The notes under the pieces are model-generated. The model saw nothing but the letters and a program-made list of their open reading frames with translations, made no database searches and was not told where the DNA came from. The translations under genes and the position numbers were made by a program. This document shows, in pieces, positions 20,201 through 29,998 of a stretch of 64,000 nt of DNA; within the stretch, counting starts at the first letter, position 1, and each line of letters begins with the position of its first letter. Origin of the DNA: Hyphomicrobiales bacterium (GTDB lineage Bacteria > Pseudomonadota > Alphaproteobacteria > Rhizobiales > Rhizobiaceae); assembly GCA_011087605.1 (NCBI GenBank), contig JAALLE010000008.1:6979-70978 (forward strand), written 5' to 3'.

Positions 20201-20303
20201 ACTGCCCGCCCGTTCGTCAAGCCAAATGGCGAGATATTAGCGGGTGATTGACGAGCAAAATGTCGCTTGAGTCCGTCTAACACGGTTGTAAATGGAGTAT
20301 TGT

Positions 20304-20987
20304 ATGCCCGAAGTCATCTTCACCGGTCCTGCTGGCCGCCTCGAAGGCCGATACCAGCCTTCTGAAGACAAAAACGCCCCTATCGCAATCATCCTTCATC
20401 CTCATCCGCACCCCTCCTTTGGCGGTACGATGAACAACCCGATTGTCTACAAACTCTTTTACATGTTTCAGGAGCGCGGGTTTACGACGCTTCGGTTCAA
20501 TTTTCGCGGTGTTGGTCGCAGTCAGGGAGATTTTGATCACGGTGCTGGCGAATTGTCGGATGCTGCTGCTGCGTTGGATTGGATCCAGACCTTGCATCCT
20601 GATTCGACCGGATGCTGGGTTGCCGGCTTTTCATTTGGATCGTGGATCGGCATGCAACTGCTGATGCGCCGGCCAGAGATTGAAGGCTATATGTCGATTG
20701 CGCCGCAGCCCAATATCTATGATTTCGCGTTTCTGGCTCCGTGCCCGTCATCCGGCCTCATCATTCATGGAGAAGACGATCAGGTTTCCAATCCCGAACA
20801 CGTTCAGACTTTGGTCGACAAGTTGCGGGCTCAAAAAGGCATCACGACAACGCAGATCACAGTTCCCGGTGCCAACCACTTCTTCAGCGAACATCAGGAA
20901 GAATTGCTCGACGAATGCCAGATCTATCTTGATAAACGTTTGGGTCTGATTGAAGGCGGCATCGAAGAAACCATGTTGCTGCGTTAA
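20304..20987 (+). CDS. Alpha/beta hydrolase (COG2945-like)
   Basis: It has HPHPHPSFGGTMNN...FNFRGVGRSQG and the nucleophile elbow GFSFGS. I start at ATG 20304, with GGAG 7 nt upstream. The track ORF starts at 20292. Confidence 0.8.
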   Translation: MPEVIFTGPAGRLEGRYQPSEDKNAPIAIILHPHPHPSFGGTMNNPIVYKLFYMFQERGFTTLRFNFRGVGRSQGDFDHGAGELSDAAAALDWIQTLHPDSTGCWVAGFSFGSWIGMQLLMRRPEIEGYMSIAPQPNIYDFAFLAPCPSSGLIIHGEDDQVSNPEHVQTLVDKLRAQKGITTTQITVPGANHFFSEHQEELLDECQIYLDKRLGLIEGGIEETMLLR

Positions 20988-22108
20988 CCAGACGCCACGG
21001 CGCGGTTGGCCGATGCCAACACGCCTCCGCTGGTTGCTTTGTTGCAGCCAGTCGTTGTTGGGAAGGTAAGTGGTAAGCCGAGCTGACTGCGAATCGCCAG
21101 ATAGGCAAATGCCTGAGCCTCCAGCATATCGCCTGCCAATCCTGCTTCTTCGGCCAAGATCACTTTGGCATTGTCCGGATTGGCCAACTGAATCAAGTCT
21201 GCAACAATGGCTTGATTCAAACGTCCACCCCCGCACAACACCCAGTTCGCGGGTGGTTTTGGCAGATGGTCAACCGATTTGTAAATTGCGGCGGCGGTCA
21301 CGTGAGCCAGAGTGCGGGCACCATCTGACAATTCCGCAAGGGCCGGTTCGAGCGGCTTAAAATCACCACGATCGAGCGATTTGGGACCAGATTTTTCAAA
21401 ATATGGCACGCTCAGATAGGGATCTGCTACCGACTGCAAAATACTGCCTTCGGACGCGATTCGACCCCCCTGATCAAAGGGAATCCCACCCTTGGTCTGA
21501 ACCCATTGGTCGATCAGGGCATTGCCTGGACCGCTGTCAAAGGCGATGAGATCATTTCCATCGACATAGGTAATGTTGGATATACCGCCGATGTTTACGA
21601 AACAGACCGGCTCATCCAGCTCTGAGGCTTTAGCAATTGCCTGATGAAACACCGGCACAAGCGGCGCACCCTGCCCGCCAACAATCATATCGGCGGCCCG
21701 AAAATCGTAGATCGCGTCAATGCCGGTGGCATCTGCCAGACCTGCCCCATCTCCAAGCTGAACCGTCAGCCCTTCAGCGGGACGGTGCAGGACGGTTTGA
21801 CCGTGAAATCCCAAAAGATCGATGTGATCAGCATTCAGGCTGTGAGCTTTAAAAAACGCCAAGACCGCTTCGGCATGCCGGTCGGTCAGTTCCTGCTCCA
21901 GCTCGGCGGTTTTTCCAGGGCGCTGATCACGGTGCGAAATGCTGGTTGCCTGGTGCAGCCCAGCTTCGATTCGACGCCGAAAACTTGCCGGATAATCAAA
22001 GGCCATTGTCGGGCCGAATTCGACCTTGGCCAAGCCATCAGATCGCACCAGGGCCACGTCAATGCCGTCCATTGAGGTGCCACTCATCAGGCCGATGGCT
22101 GTTTTCAA
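20984..22108 (-). CDS. anmK: Anhydro-N-acetylmuramic acid kinase
   Basis: 374 aa. It has the N-terminal GLMSGTSMDGIDVAL motif and the NIGGISN block. Confidence 0.92.
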   Translation of the reverse strand: MKTAIGLMSGTSMDGIDVALVRSDGLAKVEFGPTMAFDYPASFRRRIEAGLHQATSISHRDQRPGKTAELEQELTDRHAEAVLAFFKAHSLNADHIDLLGFHGQTVLHRPAEGLTVQLGDGAGLADATGIDAIYDFRAADMIVGGQGAPLVPVFHQAIAKASELDEPVCFVNIGGISNITYVDGNDLIAFDSGPGNALIDQWVQTKGGIPFDQGGRIASEGSILQSVADPYLSVPYFEKSGPKSLDRGDFKPLEPALAELSDGARTLAHVTAAAIYKSVDHLPKPPANWVLCGGGRLNQAIVADLIQLANPDNAKVILAEEAGLAGDMLEAQAFAYLAIRSQLGLPLTFPTTTGCNKATSGGVLASANRAVASG

Positions 22109-22204
22109 GATGAATACCTTTCAATATTCGCCCATTTGGGGCGTGAAATTAGTTCAAGCATGGTGTAACACCCACGAAATTCGCACTCTTATTTGCAAAA
22201 TACC

Positions 22205-23458
22205 ATGGCCACCTTCAAATCAGAATTCCTTCAAACATTGTCCCAGCGCGGCTTCATCCACCAGATTTCCGACGAATCCGGTCTCGATGACTTGTTGTCG
22301 AAGGAAACGGTCACCGCCTATATCGGATTTGATCCAACCGGACCAAGTCTTCACGTGGGCCACATGACGGGTATCATGATATTGCACTGGTTTCAGAAAA
22401 CCGGTCACCGCCCGATTGCCCTGATGGGCGGCGGGACGACGATGGTAGGAGACCCTTCGGGCAAGGACGAAACGCGCAAACTGCTCACAGTTTCGGATAT
22501 CGAAAAAAACAAGCAGCTTATCAAGCAGAGCTTTTCATCAATGCTGGATTTTGGTGATGGTCCAACCGATGCCATTATGGCGGACAACGCAGACTGGCTG
22601 CTGGATCTCAACTATGTCGATTTCCTGCGTGATTATGGTCGTCACCTGTCGGTGAACGCCATGCTGGCACGAGACTCCGTCAAGACGCGCTTGGACCGCG
22701 AACAGCATCTATCGTTTCTCGAATTTAACTACATGTGCTTGCAGGCATATGATTTTGTTGAACTGAACCGCCGCTACGACTGTCGTTTGCAGATGGGTGG
22801 ATCAGATCAGTGGGGCAATATCGTCTCTGGGGTCGATCTGGGACGCCGCTCTGGATGTGCTCAATTGTTTGCACTCACCTCTCCGCTGTTGGCCACGGCT
22901 TCCGGCGCAAAAATGGGTAAGACGGCTTCAGGTGCCGTTTGGCTCAATCCCGACATGTTGTCGATTTTTGATTTCTGGCAGTTCTGGCGCAACACCGAAG
23001 ACGCCGATGTCGGTCGCTTTTTGAAACTGTTTACGGAATTGCCGCTGGACGAAATCGCCCGTTTGGAATCTCTTGAAGGAGCAGAGTTGAACGAGGCCAA
23101 GAAAATATTGGCCACGGAAGCTACCGCTCTGGTTCACGGACGTGAATTGGCACAACAGGCGAGCGAAACAGCCCGCAAGACATTTGAAGAAGGTGCGGTG
23201 GCAGCAGACCTGCCAAGCGTGCAGATAAGTGGACTGGATGCTGAAGGCGGTATCGGCCTGCTCGGTGTGATCGTTGCAGCCGGTCTGGCAAAGTCAAATG
23301 GCGAGGCTCGTCGACATATCAAGGGCGGTGCCATCAAGATTAATGACAAGCCGGTATCCGATGAAGGATTGAGTGTCGATTTCAGCTATCTCGACAGTGA
23401 TGGAGCCATCAAATTGTCATTCGGCAAAAAGCGCCACATTCTGCTGAGACCGGAGTAG
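22205..23458 (+). CDS. tyrS: Tyrosine--tRNA ligase
   Basis: It has a HIGH-type motif (SLHVGHM), the KMSKS variant KMGKT, and a C-terminal S4 domain. I start at the first ATG, 22205. The track ORF starts at TTG 22193. Confidence 0.95.
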   Translation: MATFKSEFLQTLSQRGFIHQISDESGLDDLLSKETVTAYIGFDPTGPSLHVGHMTGIMILHWFQKTGHRPIALMGGGTTMVGDPSGKDETRKLLTVSDIEKNKQLIKQSFSSMLDFGDGPTDAIMADNADWLLDLNYVDFLRDYGRHLSVNAMLARDSVKTRLDREQHLSFLEFNYMCLQAYDFVELNRRYDCRLQMGGSDQWGNIVSGVDLGRRSGCAQLFALTSPLLATASGAKMGKTASGAVWLNPDMLSIFDFWQFWRNTEDADVGRFLKLFTELPLDEIARLESLEGAELNEAKKILATEATALVHGRELAQQASETARKTFEEGAVAADLPSVQISGLDAEGGIGLLGVIVAAGLAKSNGEARRHIKGGAIKINDKPVSDEGLSVDFSYLDSDGAIKLSFGKKRHILLRPE

Positions 23459-23464
23459 TCCTGG

Positions 23465-26400
23465 TTAAAATTTGAATACCTGACGAAATACGCCGGGAGC
23501 TATGATCGACAATGGATTGACCTGCAGTTTGGGGTTGTCAAAACGGCCGCTTAATCGGAACGTGATGCCGAGCAATCCATTCACCTTGCCGCGACCAAAC
23601 GCCAGACCAATTATCGGTATCTTGGAAACCATTCTGTTGAGCGCGCGGCCCGGCAAAAAAGTGCCACTTATATTCATTTTGTTATTTCGATCATAGACCT
23701 TGCCCTCGAACGCAGCGCTGGCGTCGCCGCCAGTTAGACGTCCTTTTGAGAGGTTGAAAAATCCTGGTCCCTTCTCAATACTTGCTTGCAGGCGGTCAAC
23801 ATGGGCGCGGTCGGTCTTGATCCGCCGCAATGTTTGCACGACTTCGTCGCCGTTCGCCAAGTTTTCTGCGGCCTTAGGCTTCTGCAGCAATTGCGCCAAT
23901 CTGGGTTCGTTGAGGAGGATGAAGTCTTCGGCCAATACGCGGCCTCTGAAGACCTGAGAATCATCACGAATCAGATTGGCCCTGATGGAACCGCCTCTGA
24001 TCTTTGTATACAGGTCCAGAAAACGCAGCACGGAGCCGGCATTGGACGTGGTAATGTCGGTTTTTGTGCCTCCTGGCACTGGTCCGAAGTCAAATTTCGT
24101 AGGTGCGTTGTTGGGGGCCATGGCATCAACAATCACCCGAGCTACCGCGCCACCACGTTGCAAAAAGTCCAGTTTAACATCTCGCAATTCCTGCCCCTCA
24201 AAGCCGATCAACCGACCAACCTGGCCGGTGACTGATATTGTCGTTTTGGCATTCTTGTCTGGCTTGAGCTTGGCATTCAACAGTGATCGGATCAGGGCGC
24301 GTCCGTCATAGCTTCGTGCATTGAGTTTAATCTTGTAGGAGTTTTTGCTGCGCTTTAGAGCGATGTCGAAATTGTCCGACTTATTGAGAATTACGTCGGT
24401 GATCTTGGCCTGGCTGAGACCAGATTTGTCGACACTGAAGGAACCATTTGCAGAGAACCCCTCGCCCCGCAACTTCACGTCTTTGAAACTTTTGATATTG
24501 CCCGATTGACGCAATAAGAAAGTTGCTTTTGCACCAATACCTTTACCTTTGCTCCAACCGACCCATGGAAAGTTCAATTTGGCTTGTTTCAGGTCGGCCT
24601 CTACGCGTTGTGTACCGTCGCCCAGATTGGTGATCGTGGCTTTGATCGGACCCATCACCACATCACCGGTATTCAACCCCATATTCCTGCGGTCGGCATC
24701 GGATAAGGTTAGTTGAATTTTGCCTTGAGAGGCGGCGCTTCCGTCCAGAGGCTCCAGCAGGGCGAGTTTGACGGGCACGCCATCCATTACCGCCGTTCCT
24801 TCGATTCTGGCCACGGCAGGCGACGCCAGAATGATCATGTTGGCATCGACCATTTTGCGACCATTGACTGGTTTGGTGGAACTAACACCCTTGGCCTTGA
24901 TTTTGGTTTTCCAGGGCTTGTCCTGATTGAGTGTCATTTTCTTGTTGCTCAACATGAAATGAGCTTCAACTTCAGCCGATGCATTGCCCTTCAGGTGTGT
25001 CGGCTGGATTTTAAGTCTGTTTTGAAACCCCAGTGGCTTCAAAGACGCCAATTTCACCATCGCCGCTGCCGAACCAGCAAATTTCAGATTCAATGTGGCA
25101 GGTGTGTCGGGTATGGCGTAATTGCCCATCACCATTGTACTTTTCGCCAATCGCAATGGGCCGAAATCCGGCAGGTTAGCGACCCCGCTGTCCAGCGTGA
25201 TATTGGTCTCGTTACCATTAACTTCCAACACCCCTGTTGCATCGACGATTTGCGGCAGTTCTCCTGGATTTTTCAACGCGGTTTTGACAATTGGGATGCG
25301 GACTGACAGGTTTTGCGGCTGGTAATTGGCATCCCGGCCGATAACGCCAGCTGGCAGGTCAGCCTTGACCCAGGCGTCATTCATTTGGCCTCCGGTCATA
25401 TTTTTGCTCATCCATTTGCGCGCCTTGGGGGCCAATATCGCCGGCCAGAATTGCTTGAATTCTTCAACCGGCATGGAATCGACGATCAGAGCCAATTTTA
25501 CGTGCGGCTCTTCCCCGTCCAAGCGGATGGACGCATCCCCCGTCATTCTTCCGTTTGGCGTCACAATCTCGACGTGATCCGCTTCAACGATTTGTCGTAA
25601 TGGATCGAGAAATCCTTCCAGCGATAGTTTGCCAACTGGCGGATTGTCTCCTTCGACAAGACCAAATGCCTGGAATTCGTCTACTTCGATTCTGAACAGG
25701 GGTTGGGAGGAAATTGGATCGTTTTCGATTGAAGGATATCTGATGCCTCCATGAAATTTCACCTTGGAACCGACAAAACTGAGCGACGACGGATCAATAC
25801 TCAACGTGTTGGCCTGCGGCTCCAGACGCAGTTTGATATCGGCCTGTTGCAGCTGGGCGTGCAATCCCTTGCCAACAGGAATGGCACCAGCGCCAATTTT
25901 GATGGCGGCGGTAGCATCAGTTGGTGTCCCGTCCATCTGATATGGAGCCGAAAAGTTCAAGGAAACACGGTTATTGAGCGAGCCTGCCCAGAGATCGCCC
26001 GCAGTTGGCCCGACCAATTCATCAATGTTCAAACCATCGGCATCAAATTGCAGGATTCTGCCACCAGCCGCCGTGCCACTCCAACGGCCTTTTAGATTCC
26101 ATTTGCCGTGTTGAGTAATCAGCAGAGCCTTGAACTCCAGATCGTTATCGCCTGAAGGTCCTTTCACGGCATCTACGGTAAGGCTTTCGAATTTTGCCGT
26201 GCTCGACCGTAATCCAAATTGGTCAAATCCCACCAGATTTGTATCTTCCAATGCTAGACTTTCCAGTCCGGCGTTTTCAACTTGGCGCGCAATTCCGTCA
26301 ATCAAATCACCAATCGACTGCAGGGCCGTTGAAAGATTAACCGATCTCGGCCAGGCGGGTCGCAGATCCTTGTCTGTTGCCTGCGGCAGCAACGTGTCTA

Positions 26401-26950
26401 CAGCGATCGAAGCTCCCCGCATCGTCACACTTTCAGCAACGATGTTGCCCTTGATCAACGGCAGGGATTTCACTTTCACACCGACTTCGCGCGCAACGCC
26501 GAGATTGAGAATATTGTCCCGGAGAATTTTAACATTGCTGGCGTCTATTGACAGGAGACCACCATCTCCGAGCGCAATTTTGGTTTCGCCAATGACCGCA
26601 GAGTGATCAGCGCCTAGAAAAGTGGTGAGTTGGGATTCAATCTGTGCCCTGATTTGTTCATTCGACACCGAAGAATTGAGCAGAACCCACCACAACACCG
26701 CTGCGCCCAAGCCAAAGACAACGAGCACCGCAAAGCAGGATTGAATGGTTACCCTTAAGAACGAAACGCGGCGGCGTGGCTTTTTTCCAAGATCCCCCGA
26801 CTGATATGCGGTCGCGGTCGCAGCGGCCAGAGAAGCAAATTCTGCGTCCTCCCGCGAATTGGTGACCACGACGGCGGGAGCCACAGCCGAATTGTGCGGT
26901 TCTGCGTTCCCGCCATTTGGTCCGTCTTGGAGGTTGGTTGTCGTATTCAT
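23465..26950 (-). CDS. Large AsmA/YhdP-like (DUF3971-type) envelope protein
   Basis: About 1160 aa. It has a single N-terminal TM (CFAVLVVFGLGAAVLWWVLL) followed by a long beta-rich region. The C-terminus (GTFLPGRALNRMVSKIPIIGLAFGRGKVNGLLGITFRLSGRFDNPKLQVNPLS) resembles the AsmA-like C-terminal motif. I prefer the start at ATG 26950 over the 42-codon extension in the track. Confidence 0.7.
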   Translation of the reverse strand: MNTTTNLQDGPNGGNAEPHNSAVAPAVVVTNSREDAEFASLAAATATAYQSGDLGKKPRRRVSFLRVTIQSCFAVLVVFGLGAAVLWWVLLNSSVSNEQIRAQIESQLTTFLGADHSAVIGETKIALGDGGLLSIDASNVKILRDNILNLGVAREVGVKVKSLPLIKGNIVAESVTMRGASIAVDTLLPQATDKDLRPAWPRSVNLSTALQSIGDLIDGIARQVENAGLESLALEDTNLVGFDQFGLRSSTAKFESLTVDAVKGPSGDNDLEFKALLITQHGKWNLKGRWSGTAAGGRILQFDADGLNIDELVGPTAGDLWAGSLNNRVSLNFSAPYQMDGTPTDATAAIKIGAGAIPVGKGLHAQLQQADIKLRLEPQANTLSIDPSSLSFVGSKVKFHGGIRYPSIENDPISSQPLFRIEVDEFQAFGLVEGDNPPVGKLSLEGFLDPLRQIVEADHVEIVTPNGRMTGDASIRLDGEEPHVKLALIVDSMPVEEFKQFWPAILAPKARKWMSKNMTGGQMNDAWVKADLPAGVIGRDANYQPQNLSVRIPIVKTALKNPGELPQIVDATGVLEVNGNETNITLDSGVANLPDFGPLRLAKSTMVMGNYAIPDTPATLNLKFAGSAAAMVKLASLKPLGFQNRLKIQPTHLKGNASAEVEAHFMLSNKKMTLNQDKPWKTKIKAKGVSSTKPVNGRKMVDANMIILASPAVARIEGTAVMDGVPVKLALLEPLDGSAASQGKIQLTLSDADRRNMGLNTGDVVMGPIKATITNLGDGTQRVEADLKQAKLNFPWVGWSKGKGIGAKATFLLRQSGNIKSFKDVKLRGEGFSANGSFSVDKSGLSQAKITDVILNKSDNFDIALKRSKNSYKIKLNARSYDGRALIRSLLNAKLKPDKNAKTTISVTGQVGRLIGFEGQELRDVKLDFLQRGGAVARVIVDAMAPNNAPTKFDFGPVPGGTKTDITTSNAGSVLRFLDLYTKIRGGSIRANLIRDDSQVFRGRVLAEDFILLNEPRLAQLLQKPKAAENLANGDEVVQTLRRIKTDRAHVDRLQASIEKGPGFFNLSKGRLTGGDASAAFEGKVYDRNNKMNISGTFLPGRALNRMVSKIPIIGLAFGRGKVNGLLGITFRLSGRFDNPKLQVNPLSIIAPGVFRQVFKF

Positions 26951-27175
26951 TTCAGGAAGACCTGAACCCTTTATTGCCCCAGAATCATGCCCAATATTAT
27001 CGGTGCAGATCCATTCTAGTTTCCAAACTCCCGTAAGGGAACCTTCACCCAACAGGTATTGGTTCCACCATAGCAAAACTTTGGCTTTGCAACAGCTTGC
27101 CTTCTGTCGCCATGCTTGTCAGGTAAGTGTGGTGAATTTGCGGACAGGCGCCTCATTAATGGAGAAATATCCCAC

Positions 27176-27637
27176 ATGGTAAATATTGGTGACCAAGCAC
27201 CATCATTCACTCTGCCAACTGGCGGTGATTCCAGCTTGACGATTCCAGGAGGTCAACCAACCGTTTTGTTTTTTTATCCCAAGGACGATACACCCGGCTG
27301 TACGACCGAAGCAAAAGGGTTCAGCGCTGAAAAATCAAAATTTGCGGCTCTTGGTGTTGAAATTGTTGGATTGTCGCCCGATCCGGTCAAAAAACATCAA
27401 AAATTCATCGCAAAGCACGATCTGACTGTTGATCTCGTATCCGATGAAGAGCGGAAGGCTCTGGAGGCTTATTCCGTTTGGGTTGAAAAAAGCATGTATG
27501 GCCGCACCTATATGGGTGTGGAACGTTCAACTTTTCTGATCGGAGCAGACGGCAAGATTTTGGAGGCCTGGCGCAAAGTTCGTGTGAAAGGCCATGTGGA
27601 GGCGGTTCTGGATGCGGCAAAGAATCACTTCGGATAA
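27176..27637 (+). CDS. bcp: Peroxiredoxin Bcp (PrxQ)
   Basis: It has the FFYPKDDTPGCTTE peroxidatic cysteine motif. Starting at MVNIGDQAPSF gives 153 aa, the usual Bcp length. Confidence 0.9.
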   Translation: MVNIGDQAPSFTLPTGGDSSLTIPGGQPTVLFFYPKDDTPGCTTEAKGFSAEKSKFAALGVEIVGLSPDPVKKHQKFIAKHDLTVDLVSDEERKALEAYSVWVEKSMYGRTYMGVERSTFLIGADGKILEAWRKVRVKGHVEAVLDAAKNHFG

Positions 27638-28562
27638 CGAATCTAGTTTCTCCGCATCTGCAGCAGCGGAACAATTGTTCAAGTTTCACGAGTGGTCGGA
27701 GCCTTTGCGTTGTCTGCCAGTGGGATTGGCTGAACCGCCAGGGTCATTGAAGGAAGGCGCGATTGCTGCTTTGCAGGCGGAAAATCTGGACCAAAAGGTG
27801 GAAATTACCCGACAGGTCGCTTTCCAGTGGTGGAATGGTGTGTTGGGTGTTGGTGGTGCAGTTGGCGCACGCCCTCCGGATCGACCCGGACGACCTTTGG
27901 AACCGAGGCTTGTCGCTCCTCGCAATCTGAAAAAGCGATCCATCAGGTCGCAACGCGGACGCATCGCCCTGCTTCACGCCATCGCCCATATCGAACTCAA
28001 TGCAATCGATCTGGCATGGGATATTGTGGCCCGATTTGCTGACCCTCGCGCAAAGTCTGATCATCGAATGCCGCGTTCTTTTTTCGATGGGTGGGTGCGC
28101 GTTGCACTGGAAGAAGCCAAACATTTTTCATTGTTACGTCAACGCCTTATAGAACTTGGCTCCCACTACGGCGCTTTGGATGCCCACGATGGTTTATGGG
28201 AAGCTGCGCAAGCTACTGGCCATGACCTGACCGCCAGACTGGCAATTGTGCCACTCATTCTCGAGGCCCGTGGTCTCGACATCACCCCGTCATTATTGCG
28301 CCAGATAGAGGCGGTTGAAGATCCCGAATCCGCCGCCATATTCAAAATCATCTATCGCGACGAATTGGGACATGTAGCAGTCGGCGCCAAATGGTTTCGC
28401 TATCTTTGCCTGCGTCAGGGACTTGAACCGGCTGCAAGCTTCCAAATCTTGGTGCGCAAATATTTCCGCGGTCCGCTGAAACCTCCATTTAACGATTTTG
28501 CAAGATGCCGTGCAGGGCTCACACCCGGCTTTTACCGCGCCCTTTCGAGCGCCAGTCAATAA
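27594..28562 (+). CDS. DUF455 ferritin-like (di-iron type) protein
   Basis: It has E-x-x-H style helices (HIELNAIDLAWD, EEAKHF, RDELGHV). The start is uncertain. The maximal ORF overlaps bcp, and ATG 27612 or GTG 27720 (about 280 aa) are alternatives. Confidence 0.7.
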   Translation: MWRRFWMRQRITSDNESSFSASAAAEQLFKFHEWSEPLRCLPVGLAEPPGSLKEGAIAALQAENLDQKVEITRQVAFQWWNGVLGVGGAVGARPPDRPGRPLEPRLVAPRNLKKRSIRSQRGRIALLHAIAHIELNAIDLAWDIVARFADPRAKSDHRMPRSFFDGWVRVALEEAKHFSLLRQRLIELGSHYGALDAHDGLWEAAQATGHDLTARLAIVPLILEARGLDITPSLLRQIEAVEDPESAAIFKIIYRDELGHVAVGAKWFRYLCLRQGLEPAASFQILVRKYFRGPLKPPFNDFARCRAGLTPGFYRALSSASQ

Positions 28563-28661
28563 TGCATGACTGCTTGCATGTTTGTTCCATCGCTGCCTCA
28601 AAAATCAAACATCTGTTAACTATAATGGCGGATAGTCACAGCAATAAGTATTCAACTTAGT

Positions 28662-29945
28662 GTGCCTATGACTTCGACACCGAAATTCAGATCTCTTCCG
28701 GTTTCCCGCTCAGCTAAACCCAAGTCTCGTCCTCACCGTTGGCAAAGACAGCACCCAACGGTCACCGTTCGCACCGATGGCAAAGAGCGCATCTACAAAG
28801 TTAATCCCTTGGTCACGTCGGCACTATTTTGCACCGGCGCCCTGCTGATCATCGGCCTGATGGCTTCGTCGTCTTATCTGTATCTACGTGATGACCTTTC
28901 GCAGGCCAGTTTAATGCGACAGGCGAAGATGCGGCATCTTTATGAAGACAGGATTTCATCGCTCCGCACCCAGGTTGATCTCGCGACGAGTCGCCAAATG
29001 CTTGATCAGCAGGTGGTTGAGAATCGCGTTACAAAATTATTGCTGCGCCAAAATGAATTGGGCGCCCTTCAGGAACACGTCAGCCGACTGTTTAAGCGTT
29101 CCGCACCGTTGTCGCCTGATTCCGCAAACGCCTTTGTGCTTCCAAAAAAGCCACAAAAAAATGAGGTGGTTCTTGGATTGAAATTGGGTTCCCTTGTCGG
29201 GACCAATAATCCATTTGCACAAAGTCACAGCGCACAACGTTCCACGGTTGTTGCCCATCATGAAGCTGACATTCTGGATTCGGTTGAAAGTTCCTTGGCT
29301 CAGACCGAGCGTGTTCAGATTGCCGAACTTTCCCTCCTTAAGCAGCGGGCCGACAGGAAACTGAAGAAACTGGCTTCAATCCTGAGCAAACAGGGTAAGA
29401 AACTTCCAAAAAATGCTGGTGTCGGCGGCCCCCTGATCGAACTTAAGGGCGGAGCCGCATTGGTGGACTCCATCAATGCCCTGGATAGCACGCTGGGAAT
29501 GCTGCAAAAAATGCGCCACGCGGCGCAAAGTCTGCCGCATGGCAGCCCAACGCCCGGAAAAAGAATTTCTTCACGCTATGGCACACGCAAGGATCCATTC
29601 ACCAAACGCGCCGCGGTCCACGGCGGCCTGGATTATCGCGCCCGTCGTGGAACTCCGGTGCGCGCAACTGCCAGCGGCAGGGTCATCAAGGCGAAGCGTT
29701 TTGGCGGCTATGGAAAATTGGTGGAAGTTGATCATGGCGATGGCATCACCACCCGATACGCCCATCTCAGCAAGATCAGAGTGAAGCTGGGACAGCGTAT
29801 TAAAAAGGGCACGAGAGTTGGTGATGTCGGCAGTACTGGACGTTCAACCGGTCCGCACCTGCATTATGAAGTTCGTCGTGGCGGTCGTACACTAAATCCT
29901 ATTCATTTTGTCCGGCTGGCAAAGCGTCTGAAACCGTATCTTTGA
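28662..29945 (+). CDS. M23 family peptidoglycan metalloendopeptidase with N-terminal TM and coiled-coil
   Basis: It has the LytM core HGGLDYRA...GYGKLVEVDHGDGITTRYAHLS...GSTGRSTGPHLHYEV. Confidence 0.87.
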   Translation: MPMTSTPKFRSLPVSRSAKPKSRPHRWQRQHPTVTVRTDGKERIYKVNPLVTSALFCTGALLIIGLMASSSYLYLRDDLSQASLMRQAKMRHLYEDRISSLRTQVDLATSRQMLDQQVVENRVTKLLLRQNELGALQEHVSRLFKRSAPLSPDSANAFVLPKKPQKNEVVLGLKLGSLVGTNNPFAQSHSAQRSTVVAHHEADILDSVESSLAQTERVQIAELSLLKQRADRKLKKLASILSKQGKKLPKNAGVGGPLIELKGGAALVDSINALDSTLGMLQKMRHAAQSLPHGSPTPGKRISSRYGTRKDPFTKRAAVHGGLDYRARRGTPVRATASGRVIKAKRFGGYGKLVEVDHGDGITTRYAHLSKIRVKLGQRIKKGTRVGDVGSTGRSTGPHLHYEVRRGGRTLNPIHFVRLAKRLKPYL

Positions 29946-29998
29946 TCGTTCAATCGCAAATTTGATGCAGGCAGTGATGTTTCGTGAGACGAGACTGG

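Noticed and set aside
27594-27637. 44-nt overlap implying translational coupling of bcp and the DUF455 gene
   Set aside because: This is probably an artefact of the maximal ORF. DUF455-like conservation seems to begin near residue 50, so a later start (27720 GTG) leaving an intergenic gap is at least as likely.
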